NCBI RefSeq assembly: GCF_048403405.1
Contig: NZ_CP183129.1
Length of the DNA: 64,000 bases
Reading direction: 5' to 3' (one strand)
Source of the DNA: Escherichia coli
GTDB lineage: Bacteria; Pseudomonadota; Gammaproteobacteria; Enterobacterales; Enterobacteriaceae
Program-made: the position numbers and the translations under genes
The notes under the pieces: generated by a model
Database searches by the model: none
Seen by the model: the letters and a program-made list of their open reading frames with translations, nothing else
What the model was told of the DNA's origin: nothing
Shown here: positions 58,051 to 64,000 of the stretch, in pieces
Layout of the letters: each line of letters starts with the position of its first letter
Numbering within the stretch: position 1 is the stretch's first letter

Positions 58051-58851
58051 TTAGTCCAGTTCGTTATCGAGATCGTTGTTACCAGCTGCCTGAGCAGGCG
58101 CACCGGCTACGCGGTTGTATTTCGGGCTAAGTTGGATGTAGAGCACTGCCATAACAGTACCAATCACACCCAGAGCAACCAGGTTAAAGTTGGTGAATGC
58201 TGCGGTTACGAAGCCGAGGTAGAAGAACGGCATCAGGTAGCCAGCACGCATCATGTTGATAACCATCGCATAACCAACCACCACGATCATGCCACCGGCG
58301 ATATTCAGACCATTGGTCACCACTTCCGGAATCGCGTTCAGCATGTTCTGTACTTCGCTGGTACCAACAGACAGCGCAACGATGACGGCCGGAATAGCCA
58401 CACGCATTGCTTGCAGGAACAGAGAAGAAACGTGGATCCAGGAAATCGCTGTCAGGTTGCCGTTATCAGCAGCCTTATCCGCAGCGTGCTGGAAAGCAAC
58501 GGTAATAGTACGAACGATGATGGTCAGTACCTGGCCCGCAGCGGCCAGAGGGATTGCCAGTGCAATACCTGCACCAATGCTCTGATGACCTGCGATAACC
58601 AGAATGGTAGAAATGATGGAAGCCAGAGCGGCGTCAGGCGCAACTGCAGCACCGATGTTCATCCAGCCCAGCGCGATCATTTCCAGCGTACCACCGATAA
58701 TAATACCGGTTTTCATATCGCCAAGAACGATACCCACCAAGGTACACGCGATTAGCGGACGGTGAAACTGAAATTCATCGAGGATTGATCCCATACCTGC
58801 GATACAGGCTACGATAAATACCAGCACAATTTGAAGAGTGGTAATCTCCAT
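58051..58851 (-). CDS. manY: PTS mannose transporter subunit IIC
   Basis: 266 aa. Confidence 0.9.
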   Translation of the reverse strand: MEITTLQIVLVFIVACIAGMGSILDEFQFHRPLIACTLVGIVLGDMKTGIIIGGTLEMIALGWMNIGAAVAPDAALASIISTILVIAGHQSIGAGIALAIPLAAAGQVLTIIVRTITVAFQHAADKAADNGNLTAISWIHVSSLFLQAMRVAIPAVIVALSVGTSEVQNMLNAIPEVVTNGLNIAGGMIVVVGYAMVINMMRAGYLMPFFYLGFVTAAFTNFNLVALGVIGTVMAVLYIQLSPKYNRVAGAPAQAAGNNDLDNELD

Positions 58852-58913
58852 TGTACTTCTCCTGTTTACGTAAGACTAAAGTGTGAAAACTGAGTGATAA
58901 TCAACACAATACG

Positions 58914-59885
58914 TTACTTATCGATTTTGCTGATCAGATCCATCATTTTCAGTTTCGGATCGGTGGAAACCTTACGGACTTCCAGCTCAATACCGCGCGC
59001 ATTCAGTTTCTTGAACGCCTCGATATCTTTTTCATCAACCGAAACCGCGTTATTCACCTGGGTTTTACCCTGACGGAATGCCATACCACCGACGTTAACA
59101 GAGGTGATTTTCACGCCGCCTTCAACGAGACGCTCTACATCTGTTGGGTTGGTAAATAACAGCATTACGCGTTCGCCAGCATATTTCGGGTTGTTGTAGA
59201 CGCGAATCATTTTGGCAACATCAACTACGTGTGCTGTTACGCCCGGAGGTGCAACCTGGGTGAGCAGTGTCTTACGAACGGTATCCGCAGCCACTTCATC
59301 ACTAACAACAATAATACGGGAGACATTGGTTTCTTTGGTCCAGCGGGTGGCGACCTGACCGTGAATCAGACGGTCGTCGATACGCGCAAGGCCAATAACC
59401 ATGTAGTCGTTTGGTCCCATTGGTTTTGCCGGAGTTGGAGCCGCTTTTGGTGCTGCGGCAGCGGGTGCTGGCGCGGCTTTTTCAACCGGTTTGGCTTTCA
59501 GAGCTTTCACGCCTTCACGGCCTGTTTCTACTGCCAGCGCAACCAGTTCATCAAAGCTTGGGTCATCATCACGGGCCATTAACGTTTCCACGAGCATTGG
59601 AATGTTAACGCCTGCAATGACTTCATAATGCTCTTTGTCGACGACAATGCGGCTGGCAGCATTGAACGGGCTGCCTCCCCATGTATCAACGAGAAACAGC
59701 ACGCCTTTAGTGGTGTCGAGTTTTGCCAACTGAGCGTTGTACTTTTCAATCAGCGTTTCGGCATTTTCACCTGGAACGAAATCGATCCAGCCGACGTTTT
59801 CCTGCTCGCCTAACAGCATTTCTGCGGTTTTAAGCAACTGCTCTGCAGCCCAACCATGTGTGCCTATAACAATAGCAATGGTCAC
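58914..59885 (-). CDS. manX: PTS mannose transporter subunit IIAB
   Basis: 323 aa; Ala/Pro-rich linker AAPAPAAAAPKAAPTPAKP between IIA and IIB domains. Confidence 0.9.
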   Translation of the reverse strand: MTIAIVIGTHGWAAEQLLKTAEMLLGEQENVGWIDFVPGENAETLIEKYNAQLAKLDTTKGVLFLVDTWGGSPFNAASRIVVDKEHYEVIAGVNIPMLVETLMARDDDPSFDELVALAVETGREGVKALKAKPVEKAAPAPAAAAPKAAPTPAKPMGPNDYMVIGLARIDDRLIHGQVATRWTKETNVSRIIVVSDEVAADTVRKTLLTQVAPPGVTAHVVDVAKMIRVYNNPKYAGERVMLLFTNPTDVERLVEGGVKITSVNVGGMAFRQGKTQVNNAVSVDEKDIEAFKKLNARGIELEVRKVSTDPKLKMMDLISKIDK

Positions 59886-60347
59886 TTGCTACCTCCTTTA
59901 TTATCGTTAACACCTCAACGTGCCAGATGTATTTTTGAATCGTCGTCCACAATCGAATCGATTCAGATAAGGGCTACAACCAAAAACCCCTGCGTTTCGC
60001 GATTTATTTTAGATATCGAAAAAATTATTTTATGTGATGAAGATCCGTAATTTAACTTTCGATTAGCAGAAATTTCGAAAGGTAAAATATCCTTGTCACA
60101 TTCGTTTGCAAAGGAAGGTAAATCTTTGCCAAATCAGAGGCGTCTCTGATATGTTTAACTCCCGTTTAACAACCATGGAGTATAGGGCAGTAGCCCGCAG
60201 TATGGATCGTCACCGACGTCATTTCAGCATCAGGCCTTTTAACGCCTGCCTTTCTGGCACTCTATGCCGCACCTTTCGTTTGCATTTTGTCGTTACGCCT
60301 GCATTATTTCTGGCGTCGAATAGCTATTCCTTAAGCAGGAGCTTGTC

Positions 60348-61904
60348 ATGGAATTCTTAATGGACCCCTCAATTTGGGCGGGGCTACTCACGCTTGTTGT
60401 TCTCGAAATTGTGCTGGGTATCGATAACCTGGTCTTCATCGCCATTCTTGCTGACAAACTGCCGCCAAAACAACGCGATAAAGCGCGTTTGCTGGGATTA
60501 TCACTGGCGCTGATTATGCGTCTGGGGCTGCTGTCGCTGATTTCATGGATGGTCACGCTGACCAAACCGCTATTTACCGTCATGGATTTCTCCTTCTCCG
60601 GACGCGACCTGATTATGTTGTTCGGGGGGATATTCTTGCTGTTCAAAGCAACAACCGAACTGCATGAACGGCTGGAAAACCGCGATCATGATTCCGGCCA
60701 CGGTAAAGGCTACGCCAGTTTCTGGGTGGTCGTCACACAGATTGTCATCCTTGACGCCGTCTTCTCATTGGATGCGGTAATTACGGCAGTAGGGATGGTT
60801 AACCATCTGCCGGTGATGATGGCGGCGGTAGTGATTGCGATGGCGGTTATGCTGCTGGCATCGAAACCGCTGACGCGATTTGTTAACCAGCATCCAACGG
60901 TGGTGGTGCTCTGTCTGAGCTTCCTGTTAATGATAGGTCTGAGTCTGGTGGCAGAAGGTTTCGGTTTCCACATTCCGAAAGGTTACCTGTATGCCGCGAT
61001 TGGCTTCTCGATCATCATCGAAGTGTTTAACCAGATTGCGCGTCGCAACTTTATTCGTCACCAGTCGACTTTGCCGCTGCGAGCGCGTACTGCCGATGCC
61101 ATCCTGCGTTTGATGGGCGGGAAACGTCAGGCCAATGTTCAGCACGATGCCGATAACCCGATGCCGATGCCGATCCCGGAAGGTGCGTTTGCCGAAGAAG
61201 AACGTTACATGATTAACGGCGTACTCACGCTGGCGTCGCGTTCTCTGCGCGGGATCATGACGCCGCGCGGTGAAATAAGCTGGGTTGACGCTAATCTCGG
61301 GGTCGATGAAATCCGCGAGCAGCTGCTCTCCTCACCGCACAGCCTGTTCCCGGTATGTCGCGGTGAACTGGATGAAATCATCGGAATCGTACGTGCTAAA
61401 GAACTGCTGGTGGCGCTGGAAGAGGGCGTTGATGTGGCGGCGATTGCTTCGGCGTCTCCGGCGATTATCGTTCCGGAAACCCTTGATCCGATCAACCTGC
61501 TGGGCGTGCTGCGTCGTGCTCGCGGGAGCTTTGTTATCGTGACCAACGAGTTTGGTGTGGTACAAGGTCTGGTCACGCCGCTGGATGTGCTGGAAGCCAT
61601 TGCGGGTGAATTCCCGGACGCTGACGAAACGCCGGAAATCATTACCGATGGTGACGGCTGGCTGGTAAAAGGCGGTACAGATTTGCATGCCTTGCAGCAG
61701 GCGCTTGATGTTGAGCACCTTGCCGATGACGATGATATCGCGACGGTCGCGGGCCTCGTGATCTCGGCAAATGGTCACATTCCCCGTGTGGGCGATGTGA
61801 TTGATGTAGGGCCACTGCATATCACCATCATTGAAGCCAATGATTATCGTGTTGATCTGGTTCGCATTGTTAAAGAGCAACCGGCGCACGATGAAGATGA
61901 GTAA
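60348..61904 (+). CDS. yoaE: TerC-family membrane protein with CBS/CorC domains
   Basis: 518 aa. Confidence 0.9.
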
Positions 61905-61907
61905 GCG

Positions 61908-63506
61908 TTAACGTAACGGCATAATGGGCGTGATATGTCCATTATGCCGGGCGGGCGGCGGTTGGCTGCCCGCCAGCCATTTGGGAAAATCACGTAGCGG
62001 CATCGGCTGTGCGTACAAATACCCTTGCAAAATATGCACGCCATGACGGCGCAAATACTTCGCCTGTTCTTGCGTTTCCACGCCCTCCGCCACCAGTTCA
62101 ATATTCAGTCTTTGCCCCAGTGCGATGATGATATCGGTCACCGTCGAGTTAACCGCGTCAGAACCTATAGCTGCGGTAAATGACTTATCAATTTTCAGCA
62201 CGTCAGGACGTAATGTTTCAAGCCAGGAAAATGAACTGTTGCCGGTGCCGAAGTCATCAATCGCCAGTTTGACGTTTTTACGATGCAGCTCGCGGGCAAT
62301 CCGATAATCAACATCCAGTAAGGCATCGCGTTCGGTGATTTCGAGGATCAGTTGCTGAATCGGGTGAGCGCTAAACCAGTACTGGTTGAGATCTTTTATC
62401 AGCACACCACGGCGAAAATGGCTGGGTGCGACGTTAATGCCAACATGAAACTGACTACTCATTGGGAAAACATGCCGCTGACGGATGGTTTCTGCCATCA
62501 CATAGCGGGTCAGTGGCACAATTAAATGATGTTCTTCCGCGATAGGAATAAACACATCCGGTGAAATCCAGCCCTGACGTGGATTGTTCCAGCGCAGCAA
62601 AATCTCTACACCAATACATTGCTGGCTGCGCGCATTAAGCAAAGGCTGGCAGAACAATTCGAACTCATGTTGCGCCAGGCCCAGATTGATTTCACGGGAA
62701 AAACTCATTCGGTAAGCGGTCGCCAGCCAGGCGATATAGCCCACAAGTAAACTTAGCAGCACCGCCAGCGGTAATTGTGTTGGAAGATAGTGCCATGCCA
62801 GCGCCGTAGCCCCCGGACCATTAACGTTAATGGTAAAAGGAAAGCGTTGCGAAGAAACCTGATAGTTTTCATTGTCTTCAGGTTGCGGAAGGGAATCTAC
62901 CAGCCCATTACCATAGAGCAAATGCCGATTGTCCACCGTCAGGCTGGCGCTACTGATTTGCGGCAGTTGTGGCTCAAGCAGCATTGCCGCCAGTAAGTCG
63001 ATGTTAATCATCTCCATGACCCCAGCATTGCTACTGCCCGCTGCTGGCGTCCATTGAATCAAAACCGGACTGCCTTTAATCAGGGCATGGTCGGTCGTCA
63101 GGCGTAAAAGTGGTTGCGGTGCAGGAAGTTCAGCCAGAATGTCCACGACGGGCACATTGCGATAACCAAAAATGCTGGAGCAATAAAGTGTGCCGTCTTG
63201 CACCAGGCCAATGGATCGCACAGTTTGGAGTTTTGCCGCCTGTTTACGTAATGGCAAATGGGCGACAGAGCAGGGCAGACCAATTAGCGGAAGTAAGACT
63301 TCGCTACCTGCCTGTAGGGGAAGCAGTACTTTATCTAATTCCTCTACAGCGTGATTGGCGAATTGTACTACCCGTTGTTGATTTAAGTTACGCTGTGAAA
63401 TAAATCGCACGCTCAGGGTCGAAGCGAGCGTAACGAGTGCGCAAATCGTACAAACAATCATTCGATTACGGCGATAGGTTTTAATGATCCGTTGTGCTTT
63501 TTGCAT
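61908..63506 (-). CDS. pdeD: c-di-GMP phosphodiesterase (CSS + EAL domains)
   Basis: 532 aa from MQKAQRIIKTYRRNRMIVCT; EAL-domain motifs (track ORF extends to 63536). Confidence 0.85.
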   Translation of the reverse strand: MQKAQRIIKTYRRNRMIVCTICALVTLASTLSVRFISQRNLNQQRVVQFANHAVEELDKVLLPLQAGSEVLLPLIGLPCSVAHLPLRKQAAKLQTVRSIGLVQDGTLYCSSIFGYRNVPVVDILAELPAPQPLLRLTTDHALIKGSPVLIQWTPAAGSSNAGVMEMINIDLLAAMLLEPQLPQISSASLTVDNRHLLYGNGLVDSLPQPEDNENYQVSSQRFPFTINVNGPGATALAWHYLPTQLPLAVLLSLLVGYIAWLATAYRMSFSREINLGLAQHEFELFCQPLLNARSQQCIGVEILLRWNNPRQGWISPDVFIPIAEEHHLIVPLTRYVMAETIRQRHVFPMSSQFHVGINVAPSHFRRGVLIKDLNQYWFSAHPIQQLILEITERDALLDVDYRIARELHRKNVKLAIDDFGTGNSSFSWLETLRPDVLKIDKSFTAAIGSDAVNSTVTDIIIALGQRLNIELVAEGVETQEQAKYLRRHGVHILQGYLYAQPMPLRDFPKWLAGSQPPPARHNGHITPIMPLR

Positions 63507-63636
63507 GCGGGCCACCCTGTAAGCGTATGGCGACAAACGCCTGACGCAACAGTGGAAGTGTAGTGGGGAAAATTACAGCAGACGAGAAAGCGGGGATAAA
63601 TTCGCCCATCCGTTGCAGATGGGCGAGTAAGAAGTA

Positions 63637-64000
63637 TTAGTCACACTGGACTTTGATTGCCAGACCACCGCGTGAGGTTTCGCGGTATTTAGCGTTCATG
63701 TCCTTACCGGTTTCATACATCGTTTCGATGACCTTATCCAGCGAGACGCGCGGTGCACTGGTGCGACGCAGGGCCATCCGCGCGGCGTTAATCGCCTTGA
63801 CTGACGCAATGGCATTACGCTCAATGCACGGCACCTGAACTTGCCCTGCAACAGGGTCACAGGTCAAACCGAGGTTGTGCTCCATGCCAATTTCCGCCGC
63901 CACACAAACCTGTTCCGGGCTACCGCCCAACAGCTCGGCAAGGCCCGCAGCAGCCATTGAACAGGCAACACCCACTTCGCCCTGGCAACCGACTTCCGCA
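63637..64000 (-). CDS. sdaA: L-serine dehydratase 1, C-terminal part (5' end beyond window)
   Basis: Open frame to the window edge; C-terminus ..[17 protein letters not shown]. Confidence 0.85.
   Translation of the reverse strand, partial: AEVGCQGEVGVACSMAAAGLAELLGGSPEQVCVAAEIGMEHNLGLTCDPVAGQVQVPCIERNAIASVKAINAARMALRRTSAPRVSLDKVIETMYETGKDMNAKYRETSRGGLAIKVQCD

Noticed and set aside
60000-60110. CRP/Mlc operator sites in the manX promoter region
   Set aside because: TGTGA-type half-sites are visible (~60033 and ~60094), but I could not define full sites confidently without a matrix scan.
61332-61889. 185-aa minus-strand ORF antisense to yoaE
   Set aside because: Embedded in yoaE; Arg-rich antisense artefact.

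Overview
This window is an Escherichia coli-type chromosomal segment whose core gene order matches the K-12 aspS-ruvCAB-znuABC-zwf-edd-eda-ptrB-prc-kdgR-cspC-manXYZ-sdaA neighbourhood, read in the opposite orientation. All identifications are by reading the translations and DNA against remembered protein families and K-12 gene order; no database search was run. Three accessory insertions interrupt the core. (1) Positions 1 to about 7965 are the tail-fibre arm of a lambda-like prophage (J, lom, stf, tfa) that ends inside a disrupted yecE. Its cargo end carries an AT-rich orphan class I SAM-dependent methyltransferase bracketed by a roughly 210-bp direct duplication of the tfa 3' end, a dinI-like gene behind two tandem LexA boxes, and a TGGGGCA repeat array next to the host junction. 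(2) An IS200 copy lies between lpxM and pykA. (3) An IS605-family element with divergent tnpA and tnpB lies between yebE and ptrB. The methyltransferase cassette is the most likely place for something undescribed, but its substrate cannot be named from sequence. Small features missing from the ORF track were also recovered (mgrB, yobF, the SdsR/RyeA sRNA pair, a probable Mn riboswitch ahead of mntP, LexA/Zur/PurR operators, REP clusters). No rRNA, tRNA or CRISPR array was seen.
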